Position numbers and translations under genes: made by a program. Shown here piece by piece: positions 50,663 through 60,257 of a DNA stretch of 64,000 bases. The DNA comes from a virus, in IMG/VR virus record IMGVR_UViG_3300027302_000005, positions 1 to 64,000 of that record; one strand, 5' to 3'. Every line of letters starts with the position of its first letter. Position 1 is the first letter of the stretch. The notes under the pieces were generated by a model. That model saw nothing but the letters and a program-made list of their open reading frames with translations. It was not told the DNA's origin and searched no databases.

Positions 50663-51364
50663 TTAGATTTGAGCTTCAGCGATAATGCCGACAGCAGCCA
50701 TTTGAGCGTAGATAGCATCCTTCTCAGGAGTGGTATCAATCGAACTACCCAGAGTGAGGGCATTCTTGGCAACAATGGCAGGGCCACGCTCCAGAATCAG
50801 CACAGTGGTATCAGTGGTGGCAGCAACAGAAGTATCGCCATAAGCACCGACAGTTCCGCCAATGTAGATACCGGCAAACACGTTGCTTCCATCGGTTGCG
50901 TTGTTTTCCAGAATCTTGTACTTTTCAGTGCCGGACACAGTGATGGTGAAAGTGTCACCAACGATGAAATCGGTAGAGCCGTCAGCCAGCGTGAAGGCCA
51001 GACCAGCGCCAACGAAAGCCGAAGCTACGTTACCAGTGCCAACCAGCGCACCATTTTGGTTGCGAATTTCAAAAGCACCAGCGTTGCTGGCAGCAGCGGT
51101 AATACGCAGGGTGTAGGTACCGATACGAGCATGAGAGGAAACAGTGATGCTTCCCATCGCGCCGTTACCAGTGTTACCAGAGCCAGCTACGGCAGCAGCA
51201 GCGCCGCTAACCAGAGTTTTACCCAGAACAGTACCGGGGGTGTAAGTCTTCAGGGACGCTTCATAAGCGGTTACAGCCTTGCGGCAGAAGCCAGCGTTAG
51301 GCTCAAACTCGTACTTGACGACATTGCCAATACGTGTACCTTCAGTGGCAATCAATGCAGCCAT
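50663..51364 (-). CDS. head decoration protein
   Basis: PGTVLGK; FTLADGSTDFIVGDTFTITV insert; RGPAIV. Confidence 0.85.
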   Translation of the reverse strand: MAALIATEGTRIGNVVKYEFEPNAGFCRKAVTAYEASLKTYTPGTVLGKTLVSGAAAAVAGSGNTGNGAMGSITVSSHARIGTYTLRITAAASNAGAFEIRNQNGALVGTGNVASAFVGAGLAFTLADGSTDFIVGDTFTITVSGTEKYKILENNATDGSNVFAGIYIGGTVGAYGDTSVAATTDTTVLILERGPAIVAKNALTLGSSIDTTPEKDAIYAQMAAVGIIAEAQI

Positions 51365-51385
51365 GTTTATTCTCCTTGTTTGTTA

Positions 51386-52714
51386 TTACTTAGGTGCGTA
51401 CTTGGCTTTCAGGACAGCCGACGCTTTGTCTTCTTGCACCGGCTCAGCATCGCCACCAGTGATTCCTTTTTCGGCAAAAGCCTTTTCTTCCTCAACAGCC
51501 TTGGATTGCAGGGATGCAACAACTGTAGCGAAAGCAGCATCATCAAGACCGGACAGCGAGGCATGGAGAACCTTGGCTTGATCTTGGTCAACAACAGCTT
51601 CCAGAGCAGCAAGACGCTTGTTAGACGCTTCCTGAGCAGCGGCAGTTTGCATTTGAGCAATCTGAGCCTGAGCATCAGCAACAGCCTTTTGCAGTTCAGC
51701 AGCTTGAGCCTGAGCAGCTTCAAATGCTTCATTCTGAGCATTCAGAGCGGCAGCCAGTTCGCTATTCTTTGCTACAGCAGCTTCCAGATCAGCTTGCAGC
51801 GAAGCAACAGCTTCTTGTTCAATGACATCAGTAGTCATGTTTTTATTTTCCCCTTTAGATTTGAAAGAGAATCGCATAGGTTTCTCCACTAGGTCAGCTA
51901 GATAGTTACTAAAATCTTCTCGTGTCATCACCTTATCGGCAAATCCAATATCAACAGCGTCTTTAGCCATCAACACTTTTGCTTGAGTAGACTTAACAAC
52001 ACCTACGTCGATTCCCGTCATATCCGCAACATACTCAGTAAACTGTTGATATAGAGCATCGACTTTATATTGGATGTCAGCCAAGAAATCTTCTCGGAAA
52101 CTACCATCCTCTTTGAAAGGAATCTTACTATCACCTGCATAAATATAAGTGTCTTCAACACCCATATTGTTCATGGCTTTATTCATATTCCTAAGTTTTA
52201 CAACAACACCAACGCTTCCTAATTCAGCGTCAGGATTGGCAACAATTTCATGTGCAGCGACAGAAAGACCAAAGGCAGCAGAAGCACTTAATCCGTCAAC
52301 ATAGGCAACCAGATGAATACCTTTCTGGTCTGCTTGTTTGCGAAGATAACGACCAGTTTCCATCATCCCATAAGCTTCGCCACCCGGACTGTCAACATCC
52401 ATTACAATTGTCTTGGCTCCCATACTAGCAAGTTTATCAAAGTCATCTACGACTTGCTGATAAGAGCTATTTTGTTCACCGCACATTGCTTCATATTCAA
52501 TATAAGTGAGTGGGCCTTTTACAGACAGCACTCCCACTTGCGTTTCAGCAACATATTGAACACTTCGTTCTTTTGGTTTCTTTTCCAACTGTACAGCAAG
52601 CTCTGCATGATTATTTCGATCATCCAGATAAGTAAACACTCGCTCAAGAGATGCCGGAAGCATCAAATGAGGGGTGTTGTACAACTTGTTAGTCAAGCGT
52701 AACAACTTCCCCAT
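51386..52714 (-). CDS. prohead protease (S49) with C-terminal scaffold
   Basis: DVDSPGGE, SASAAF, GSVGV; Ala/Gln-rich coiled-coil tail. Confidence 0.93.
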   Translation of the reverse strand: MGKLLRLTNKLYNTPHLMLPASLERVFTYLDDRNNHAELAVQLEKKPKERSVQYVAETQVGVLSVKGPLTYIEYEAMCGEQNSSYQQVVDDFDKLASMGAKTIVMDVDSPGGEAYGMMETGRYLRKQADQKGIHLVAYVDGLSASAAFGLSVAAHEIVANPDAELGSVGVVVKLRNMNKAMNNMGVEDTYIYAGDSKIPFKEDGSFREDFLADIQYKVDALYQQFTEYVADMTGIDVGVVKSTQAKVLMAKDAVDIGFADKVMTREDFSNYLADLVEKPMRFSFKSKGENKNMTTDVIEQEAVASLQADLEAAVAKNSELAAALNAQNEAFEAAQAQAAELQKAVADAQAQIAQMQTAAAQEASNKRLAALEAVVDQDQAKVLHASLSGLDDAAFATVVASLQSKAVEEEKAFAEKGITGGDAEPVQEDKASAVLKAKYAPK

Positions 52715-52733
52715 TATTGTATTTCTCCTTTAT

Positions 52734-54212
52734 TCATCCCTTGTTTTCAGCGTTAAGGCTACTATTATCGTCCTCTGCTACAGAATCAGAAGTTCCGTTA
52801 CCGGCTCCCTTATCCATACCATCCCCGCTTCTTGATGTGGGCTTACCAAGCAAGACATTCAATTCTTCTTGGTCAATATCATCTTCAACTTCATCAGGAA
52901 GTCCCAACACTTCAGCAATGTAATTAACATTCTTGGCAGTGGGTGTAATCAGCCCGACAGCTTTGATTCGCTGGATAGCTTTACTGAATGCTTCAAGGTC
53001 AATCTCATCCAAATCCCCATAAACAAACTTAGGCATTTCTTCATCACGCCATCCGTTCATCTTGTACAACCAAGGAATCAGGTCATTATTGAGCGTGTCT
53101 TGAATCTCTTTCAGACGGGCTTCAATGCCCATAGCCAACAGGTTGGTTTTAGAATCAGCAAGGGAATAACTCCCAACACCATCCTGCCCAAGCCGCATAA
53201 CGTCACTAAAGAGAGCAGTAAGAATCTTGTTGTCGTATCTGGTAATCGCTTGAGCAATATATTGTGCTGTCGTATTATCTACGGAAAGAAGCTCAAAATC
53301 GAACATTTTGTTCTTCCCTTCATCATACATGAGCGGCATAACAATACCTGTTTGCTCATTCATCTGAAGGTTGCGAACCATGTTCTTATAGTAGGTATAG
53401 ACTGCTTGGTCGGCCTCACTAGCATCATCAGCCATAAACTTGGGATGCAGCCAGACAATCGGAACACCGTTAATGTTCTTGCTATAACCAACAGCTTCAA
53501 TCTCTTCCAATTCTTTACGGAAGCGATAAGCAATGTAGCAATTGGACAAAGGAGATGTCCCTTCTGGATTATCCTTCGTAGCATCTGTACGGAACAACAT
53601 GAACCTGTCACGAGGGATGAAGATTGGTGTCCCTGTGGGTTGATAACGAATATAGTCACCGTTGTTGACAATGGTCTGTTCAAGCCCAATCAGTTCTCGC
53701 CCATCCTCGCTGAACACCCACTTGGTAATACTATCTTGACTTCGTGGAGCAAGCTTACGTAAGCCAACAAACCCGTCATTATATTTACTACCATTGGCGT
53801 AGCGCCTACGATAAGGAACCTTCTCGATTACGGCATGTCCATATGTAAATACTGTAGTAACTTCCTTGATAAACTCAAGCCAACTTCCTTGCATATCGTT
53901 CATACAGGATTCAATAAACTCTGCACGAAGTTTCTGTTGGTCTGTTGCATCTTCACATGCTTCAACATCCCACTTGACACGACTAATCATTAGTTCGTAT
54001 GCTTTAAGGGCGGCAGAGATTGTTGTATCTTTACGCATTTCCTTGTAGGTTTTAATGCTGGTAGGCCAGCGAAGTTCTCGTCTAGCCTCTTCAAAGATAA
54101 TCCCGCTGCTGACATTCAAGCCGCTATAGCCGATTTCAGTCATCTTCATTCGGGGGATTGGAGCGCCATCAGAACTAAGCTGAGTGAAATCTTCTAGCTC
54201 TTTTTCAGCCAT
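52734..54212 (-). CDS. portal protein
   Basis: 492 aa directly after terminase; DUF935-like features (NPEG.SPL, GSYSLA). Confidence 0.9.
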   Translation of the reverse strand: MAEKELEDFTQLSSDGAPIPRMKMTEIGYSGLNVSSGIIFEEARRELRWPTSIKTYKEMRKDTTISAALKAYELMISRVKWDVEACEDATDQQKLRAEFIESCMNDMQGSWLEFIKEVTTVFTYGHAVIEKVPYRRRYANGSKYNDGFVGLRKLAPRSQDSITKWVFSEDGRELIGLEQTIVNNGDYIRYQPTGTPIFIPRDRFMLFRTDATKDNPEGTSPLSNCYIAYRFRKELEEIEAVGYSKNINGVPIVWLHPKFMADDASEADQAVYTYYKNMVRNLQMNEQTGIVMPLMYDEGKNKMFDFELLSVDNTTAQYIAQAITRYDNKILTALFSDVMRLGQDGVGSYSLADSKTNLLAMGIEARLKEIQDTLNNDLIPWLYKMNGWRDEEMPKFVYGDLDEIDLEAFSKAIQRIKAVGLITPTAKNVNYIAEVLGLPDEVEDDIDQEELNVLLGKPTSRSGDGMDKGAGNGTSDSVAEDDNSSLNAENKG

Positions 54213-54239
54213 AAGGCTTCTCTCCTTTTTGTTAGTTGA

Positions 54240-55571
54240 TTATGCAAAACCAAACCTTGATGTTGATGTAGTTTCAGGAAGTGAGAATGTTGGAATTGAT
54301 ATTCCAGTTGCTAGCATGGAGAATCCATCTCCGCATGTGTCCACAATATCATCGTGGACTCGCCTGCTACCATCAAAGCCTTCTAGTTCTTGGATAAAGG
54401 CATCATTCCATTCACCGGCTACAATCTTGACATTTCCAGATTCACATGCTGCACAGAATGGGGCAAAACGTTGAACTTTAGACTTAGATGTATGTTTTGA
54501 CTTAGCATAAAATCCATGTTCAGCAAGATCACGAACTAATGTGGAGGCATATTGCTTACCCGCGCTGCCGGGGTCTTGAGGTACTACAATAAGTACGTCA
54601 TCTCCGTCTTGTCTTGCGGTTTCAAGAATCCGTTGAAACACTTCACCATGCCTAGCTCTAAATCTTACAACATCCTCAACATAGTAATTTCCGTACTTGT
54701 CTTTCGATATTAAAGTTCCAACTGTCCAGTCAGGGTCAGGCATTAGTTCAGACGGAACACTTCCGCTAATATCCCATGCTCTTACTTTCTTTGTGATATT
54801 TACAGGGGGGAGGGGTATAATTTCACACCACTCTTTCTTCCAATATCCCGTCCCTTCAGCCGACACATTCCAGTTGCCCCACAGAAGCCTAGCTTTTTCA
54901 ACCCTACCAAGAGCTTCAAGCCATCCAACATATTCAGGCTGATTTTCCATAAGAACTGGATTATCGTAGCATGTGGCATTAATGAAAGTGAAGCTCATCA
55001 CAAGCTCACGCTTCACTTTAAACTGTTCCATCAACTCTTCGGGTGTGTCGGCATAGTAGTTAGTATTGTCTCTACGGACAAAATACCTTATCTGGCCACA
55101 CCTTTCTTCGATAGGATACCCTTCCTCATCAAGCCACCAACTAATCCACTTCTTCACCCATGAGCTAGAATCTGGGTTCATTGTGCAACGGACTCTTGGC
55201 TTCACTTCTGGACAACTCGGATTACGGAGGCGGGAGAGAATGTACATGAACATTTCTTCTTCGTACTGAACGCACTCATCAATAAGTGCTTCAGATATTT
55301 CCATACCTTGCCAGTTGTCTTTATCTTTTAAATGTTCAAAGTGCCTAAGATATATCTCAGCACCAGACGAGAAAACAAACTTGTTTTCCATGCTTTTATA
55401 GCGAACCTTCGGGTCAACCCGCTTGAATAAGTCCATCGCCTTATCAAGCAATCCACCCGGCCCTTTTAACTGTGTAGTAGTTCTTCGGGTAAATACCCCA
55501 CGGAAATTCCTATGATGAATGTGTTGCAGAAAGTCCATTACACCCAAGTATGACTTGCCGCTACCTGCTGC
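54240..55571 (-). CDS. terL: terminase large subunit, exon 2
   Basis: Begins AAGSGKS (Walker A); Walker B LIDE, TMNP, RAWD, HDDIVD. Confidence 0.93.
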   Translation of the reverse strand, partial: AAGSGKSYLGVMDFLQHIHHRNFRGVFTRRTTTQLKGPGGLLDKAMDLFKRVDPKVRYKSMENKFVFSSGAEIYLRHFEHLKDKDNWQGMEISEALIDECVQYEEEMFMYILSRLRNPSCPEVKPRVRCTMNPDSSSWVKKWISWWLDEEGYPIEERCGQIRYFVRRDNTNYYADTPEELMEQFKVKRELVMSFTFINATCYDNPVLMENQPEYVGWLEALGRVEKARLLWGNWNVSAEGTGYWKKEWCEIIPLPPVNITKKVRAWDISGSVPSELMPDPDWTVGTLISKDKYGNYYVEDVVRFRARHGEVFQRILETARQDGDDVLIVVPQDPGSAGKQYASTLVRDLAEHGFYAKSKHTSKSKVQRFAPFCAACESGNVKIVAGEWNDAFIQELEGFDGSRRVHDDIVDTCGDGFSMLATGISIPTFSLPETTSTSRFGFA

Positions 55572-55846
55572 CTTTCAGTTTTAGAGACGCTACCCTCTTT
55601 CCACCATTTATGATGTTGTCGGACTATATCTTCATACCGTTAGGTATGCCCCCCGTTTCGATGTCGCTTGACACCTACTGGCTTACACTCATCGGCCATA
55701 GTCTCTGCACGTTCTTAGTAGTCACTTCGTAACTCTTACCTACGCTTGGGTAGACTAAGCTTCGCTCAGGATTGCCCTCGACTTTACGTTAGGGTTTCCC
55801 TGAATTAGAGGGGTTTTTGTTTTTACAAAACAGGAGGCGCTTATTC
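55572..55846 (-). ncRNA. group I self-splicing intron (275 nt, no ORF) in terL
   Basis: Minus strand: P AATTCAGGGAA, Q AATCCTGAGC, R GTGCAGAGACTA, S AAGATATAGTCC; exon 1 ends in U, intron ends in G; P1 GGUGGU pairs with GCCUCC with a U-G wobble. Confidence 0.95.
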
Positions 55847-55939
55847 ACCACCAAAAAATACAATGTCGGCTTTAGAAGTAATAAACATTTCCTGCTTACG
55901 ACTTTTCGGGCCAATCACTTCTTTAGTTTGTTTAGTCAT
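55847..55939 (-). CDS. terL: terminase large subunit, exon 1 (MTKQTKEVIGPKSRKQEMFITSKADIVFFGG)
   Basis: AGGTGG RBS; Q-motif; splices in frame to give FFGGAAGSGKS (474 aa total). Confidence 0.93.
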
Positions 55940-55986
55940 ATCCACCTGCTGTTATTATCCTATAAAAGCAGAATAACACCACTTTC

Positions 55987-56160
55987 CTACTTGTCAATAC
56001 CCTTTACGCAATCAATATCCGTATTATTTCTTTGGCAATAGTCTTCCCACTGTTTGTGGGCAGGGATTTGCTTCCCTAGGATTGGTTGTTCATTATTACT
56101 AACAACACAACCATTCATTATCATTGCCAACCAGACAACTGATACCATTTTCCATTGCAT
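55987..56160 (-). CDS. small putative lipoprotein (start uncertain)
   Basis: Hydrophobic stretch plus MNGC lipobox-like; WEDYCQRN...DC. Confidence 0.6.
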   Translation of the reverse strand: MQWKMVSVVWLAMIMNGCVVSNNEQPILGKQIPAHKQWEDYCQRNNTDIDCVKGIDK

Positions 56161-56492
56161 AACATACTGTCCCATTTATAAGGGAGAAGAGATGGTGTGG
56201 CTGGATTTGAATATCTGTTATCCAGAATGAAAGCACCTTTATCTGTGTTAACGTACAATACACAATGCCCTTCATTTGTCTCAGTAAAACAAATACACAA
56301 ACCAAGCTTATCGCTATCCCAACCAATCTCTAACAACCTTGCTCTCTTCAGCAAGGCATAATCTTCACAATCACCATATTTTCCAGCAATTGTCCAATAA
56401 TCTGGCAGCGAATACTGTTCTAAATCCTTTTTGTATTCTACTGACTTATTCACATCCCTGTGAATCTTTGCAGCAACATCGTACTTATTCAT
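56121..56492 (-). CDS. transglutaminase-like cysteine peptidase (BTLCP, family C93)
   Basis: DYW...GDCEDYALLK...GHCVL...ILDN (Cys-His-Asp triad). Confidence 0.88.
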   Translation of the reverse strand: MNKYDVAAKIHRDVNKSVEYKKDLEQYSLPDYWTIAGKYGDCEDYALLKRARLLEIGWDSDKLGLCICFTETNEGHCVLYVNTDKGAFILDNRYSNPATPSLLPYKWDSMLCNGKWYQLSGWQ

Positions 56493-56509
56493 AGATGTTG
56501 CTCCTTACG

Positions 56510-56875
56510 TCAGGCTTGCTTTACGAGATACGGAGTGAATTCAAATCCTACTTCCGTATTATCTTCGTTCTCAAGCTCTTTACCACCATTCTCTTTCTTG
56601 AGCTTTTCAATGGTGTAGCGTTGCAGCTCTTGACGATCAACTTCTTTCAAGCTATTCATCATTGTGCTGACAATCCATTGAGCATTCTTGGTACGTTCTT
56701 TCATAGGTTCATTGGTATCTCGCATAGCCGCGATAATCAAGTCCATTGCTTCAGGGGCTACGTTACCAAGCTTACGCGCTACCATCGTATTAGAAGCCCT
56801 ACCAAGGGGCTTCTCTTTCAATGTCGGGCGTCCGCCTTTATTGGATGAGACAATAACTTCGTTATTCTCTTCCAT
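56510..56875 (-). CDS. putative terminase small subunit
   Basis: KGGRPT N-terminal motif, helical, upstream of terL. Confidence 0.55.
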   Translation of the reverse strand: MEENNEVIVSSNKGGRPTLKEKPLGRASNTMVARKLGNVAPEAMDLIIAAMRDTNEPMKERTKNAQWIVSTMMNSLKEVDRQELQRYTIEKLKKENGGKELENEDNTEVGFEFTPYLVKQA

Positions 56876-56891
56876 ACTGTCCACCTCTTAT

Positions 56892-57233
56892 TTACATTGT
56901 TTCTTCTGTCTGAAGATATTCACCGTAAGTCTCAAGCCACTGAGACGTATCTGAGATATAATACGATGACAGATTAGACGGAAGCGTTGTCCCATACATG
57001 CGACACAGAAAATGCACACCGTCCAGATAAATCCAATCTGCATTGGGGTCGGGGTTGTTGGGGTCTGGAACTAATGGAACACCAATAGGGTCAAACCCTT
57101 CTCCCCAAAACTTCCCATATCCATTAGAATGGATAAAGCTGTAGTTGCTACCTTCTTGCAACTCAAATCCAGCGGCAACAATAGCAGCATCCGCTGTAGC
57201 TTTATTTGGAAAAATATAATAGCCATCAATCAT
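56892..57233 (-). CDS. hypothetical virion-associated protein
   Basis: ATGA-coupled to the upstream fibre-like gene. Confidence 0.6.
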   Translation of the reverse strand: MIDGYYIFPNKATADAAIVAAGFELQEGSNYSFIHSNGYGKFWGEGFDPIGVPLVPDPNNPDPNADWIYLDGVHFLCRMYGTTLPSNLSSYYISDTSQWLETYGEYLQTEETM

Positions 57234-58486
57234 GGTATGTATCGTCCTAGTTGTGCCAAACGTTGAGGGGATAGCGAGTTTTTATAAATCTCAAGTTTCA
57301 ATATAGGGTTGGAGAACTGATTACCAAATGTTCTTGTACTCCCTATGTATAACGTAACTGCTTGTGTTGGCCTTGTAGCGGAACTACTGTTAATGTACTT
57401 ACCATCTACAGATAATCTGGAAAGACCACGAGAAAATCCAGCAGCAAGAGTGTCAAGTCCTTTACGAGCAGGAAGGGTTGCTAGAACTGTTATACCACTA
57501 GCAGAATTTTGCGTATTCATTTCACCAGAAGCAAAGTTAAAATAAACTTGACCAAGATTTCCAGCATTGAATGCCATAGCAAATAATGAACCAGTGCTAT
57601 TGGCTGGATACGGAAGAATCGCGTAGTCGGCTACAATGGATGTATTATTGGAATCGAACCGCGAAATGTTTGCTGCCGGAATAGACAACGAATCGGCGGT
57701 GAGGGTTACTGTTCCAGAAGTTGTAACAATTACAGGAGGTAGCGATCTAGCAGATGTTTGCTGAATGTTAAACCACCAAAACCCCTTGGCTGTATCTCCT
57801 GCATATGTTGTCGTAGTCGAAGGAACACCAGTATCACTACACCCCACAATTGACATCGTACCTGTGGCGGTAGCAGCAGCAATTGCTGTAGCATAAATCT
57901 CAACAAACCCATTCCTATCATAAATCCCACAGGGAATGTTTGACGGATTAGAAAAGATTGTTTTGTTTGTCAAATCAAAGACAACAGTTTCTCCAGCAAA
58001 TACACTGTTTGTAGTCTTGAACAGGATAGCAACATATCGCCTTCCTTCTGCTTTCACAACTCCGTGAATGCAATACACAGCACCACTAGATGCAGATTGC
58101 GTTCTACTTACTTCATGCACTGCTGTTGTAGCAGTCTCACTAATGAAATAGGCACTCAGTCCAGACATAGGGGAAGCTATTGTAGTTCCCGGTACAGTAT
58201 ATCCTGTTTTAGTCCAAGAAGAATTAGAGGGAGTGTTACTTTGAGTCCACCTAGAAATAACTGCAAACTCTGGTTTATAGGCCCATCCGATACCGGGTGT
58301 CCAAGTAATCGGCATTGTATCCGATGCCAGATTAGTCAAACTGCCGTCTGCATTCCAGCGGTAGCGTGTTTGTGAACGAGAGAATGTTGCACCTAAAGCA
58401 GTAAGAATTGCAGGTGCATCACCTGACTTGGTAAAATCAATAACAATTTCTTGAGGATTTTCAGCAGTCAGGTATTTTACATCCAT
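57230..58486 (-). CDS. head-fibre/spike-like carbohydrate-binding protein
   Basis: TFSRSQ, Ser/Thr-rich beta domains, C-terminal LamG-like. Confidence 0.65.
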   Translation of the reverse strand: MDVKYLTAENPQEIVIDFTKSGDAPAILTALGATFSRSQTRYRWNADGSLTNLASDTMPITWTPGIGWAYKPEFAVISRWTQSNTPSNSSWTKTGYTVPGTTIASPMSGLSAYFISETATTAVHEVSRTQSASSGAVYCIHGVVKAEGRRYVAILFKTTNSVFAGETVVFDLTNKTIFSNPSNIPCGIYDRNGFVEIYATAIAAATATGTMSIVGCSDTGVPSTTTTYAGDTAKGFWWFNIQQTSARSLPPVIVTTSGTVTLTADSLSIPAANISRFDSNNTSIVADYAILPYPANSTGSLFAMAFNAGNLGQVYFNFASGEMNTQNSASGITVLATLPARKGLDTLAAGFSRGLSRLSVDGKYINSSSATRPTQAVTLYIGSTRTFGNQFSNPILKLEIYKNSLSPQRLAQLGRYIP

Positions 58487-59080
58487 TTAGTCCACCACTA
58501 CAGAAAGGGTTAGTTTTTGAATATCGCTGGTAGTAGAAGGGGTGATTGCTGCTTCAGTAACAAGAGCTGCATATACAACGCCGTTTGTAGTACCACTGAT
58601 AGGCATAGCCGCAGGGCCACTGTTATATACAGACTGGATACCACTTCCACCACCAGCATTACCAGTAGCGGCATTGACTAGGCTAACAACCCCAATACGT
58701 TTTGCCACATCATTCTTGTGAAGCACGAAACCTGTCTTATCAGAAATCGTAGATGCTGTCGGGTTAGCATTAAACAACCAGAGAGTGAGGTTTGTAGAGC
58801 GATTATCAATCAAATCACAAGAAGCATATTGCAGAAGCCCAGATTCAATACCTGCACGCAATACACCATTGAGTGTAAGCAACCCACCAATACAATCATA
58901 TGCGCTGTATGCGGCAGCAGTGTTGGTAATGGATGTTACAGAAACACGATTAATCTTTCCGCTATTATACGACTCAACATAAACCTGACCATTTGCTCCA
59001 ACTTTAAGCTGTCGGGTTTGATCGTCCGGGTCACGGATTATGCTCATTTCATTTTCTAGTTTAGAAGCGTCAACGCTCAT
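58487..59080 (-). CDS. hypothetical structural protein
   Basis: AYSAYDCIGGLL...LWLFNANP. Confidence 0.65.
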   Translation of the reverse strand: MSVDASKLENEMSIIRDPDDQTRQLKVGANGQVYVESYNSGKINRVSVTSITNTAAAYSAYDCIGGLLTLNGVLRAGIESGLLQYASCDLIDNRSTNLTLWLFNANPTASTISDKTGFVLHKNDVAKRIGVVSLVNAATGNAGGGSGIQSVYNSGPAAMPISGTTNGVVYAALVTEAAITPSTTSDIQKLTLSVVVD

Positions 59081-59100
59081 AATCCCTATTCTCCTAATAA

Positions 59101-59769
59101 CTATGTGGCAGCACGAGGCTGCAATGTATATTTGATAAAGAATCCGCCAACTTTCACTGTGGCGTTATCGTCTGACAAGATGTATATCTCACCCGGATTA
59201 TTCAACGTCAATTCATTACCAATATAAAAGCTGGTGATTGCGTGAACCTTATATGTTCCAGAGGCTTTGTAGATAAGGGGAGAGGATGCTACAATTGTGT
59301 ATGCGTTCGGGTCGCTAACACCTAAATGAAACTCTACACGAGCCTCCTGATTGTTAGCATTGGTTGTGATGTCAAACTCGATACGGAAATCAACCGTATC
59401 TCCGATTTGAAACTCACTGAAACTAAGCTGATTGGTAGATGTGTTCCAAATGTCTGTAATGTATTTTGACTGATAGACGCGATTTGTGTACTGTCCCAAT
59501 CCATCATTAGTGAGCTTCTTGGCCACGTTAGGAACAACTACCAAAGGGGTAGATTGTGTTGCTGTATCGTTGTAATCAACCCACCCGTGCCATTGCCTTG
59601 AGATGTTATCAGGTAACACCATCTTTACACGTTTGTTTGTAGGGGAAACTGGAACAAATTCATTTGGTAAATGAGCAACAACTGTGTTGCTACCATCCCC
59701 ATCTACAATAACAATTTCATCATTTGAATTGACAGGCCAGCATGTCGATTCCTTAGTTGTATCAACCAT
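59101..59769 (-). CDS. hypothetical structural protein
   Basis: GWVDYND..T; beta-rich. Confidence 0.65.
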   Translation of the reverse strand: MVDTTKESTCWPVNSNDEIVIVDGDGSNTVVAHLPNEFVPVSPTNKRVKMVLPDNISRQWHGWVDYNDTATQSTPLVVVPNVAKKLTNDGLGQYTNRVYQSKYITDIWNTSTNQLSFSEFQIGDTVDFRIEFDITTNANNQEARVEFHLGVSDPNAYTIVASSPLIYKASGTYKVHAITSFYIGNELTLNNPGEIYILSDDNATVKVGGFFIKYTLQPRAAT

Positions 59770-59791
59770 GCTAAAATTCCTGTATTTTGAT

Positions 59792-59842
59792 TGGTGCTGT
59801 CTATCCGATTCGAACGGATGTGGGATTTCTCCGCTGGATTAC
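59792..59842 (-). tRNA. 3' half of a split tRNA (best fit tRNA-Thr UGU): GTAATCCAG-CGGAGAAATCCCAC-ATCCGTTCGAATCGGAT-AGACAGC-ACCA
   Basis: Perfect T-arm, long variable arm, encoded CCA; acceptor strand AGACAGC pairs with GCTGTCT of the 5' half. Confidence 0.9.
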
Positions 59843-60238
59843 CTACCTTTCCCTTTTAGAATTAGTATTCCTGTTCTTGAATGTAGGGGTGAGTGAGTGG
59901 CAATTAGGGCAGAGTATTCTTAGATTCTCTAATGTGCAATTTTCAGCATCGCCATCTATGTGATCTATTTCTGTTAAAATAGAACCATCGGAGTGGCGCT
60001 TATCCCACCCACAGACCTCACATTGTGTCCCCCTAGTGGAATGCAGATATTTTCTTACAAAGCTTTTTAATTGCTTGGTTTTACCTTTCCAGCCAACTAA
60101 GTTCCCAGACAACCACTCCTTAATGTTACTTTCGTATCTGTGATCCGCTTGGCAAGCATTACTACAGTAGATGTTCTTATTCCCATAAGATTTAGGTACA
60201 AAAACATTTCCACAGCTTAGGCACGTGAAGTGGTTCAT
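59843..60238 (-). mobile_element. HNH endonuclease gene inserted in the tRNA anticodon loop
   Basis: CLSC..YCSNAC Zn finger; CEVCG...EIDHIDGDAENCTLENLRILCPNCHS. Confidence 0.92.
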
Positions 60239-60257
60239 ATTTTTTTTTTTCTCTATT

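Noticed and set aside
49570-51892. 371-aa and 407-aa plus-strand ORFs antisense to the capsid, decoration and scaffold genes
   Set aside because: Same shadow effect; the minus-strand genes are clearly recognisable.
54240-55547. terL as a truncated gene or pseudogene lacking Walker A
   Set aside because: Fully explained by the group I intron; splicing restores the frame.
59843-60257. Classical group I intron in the tRNA
   Set aside because: The U/G boundaries fit, but no P/Q/R/S core was seen and the ORF fills nearly the whole insert.
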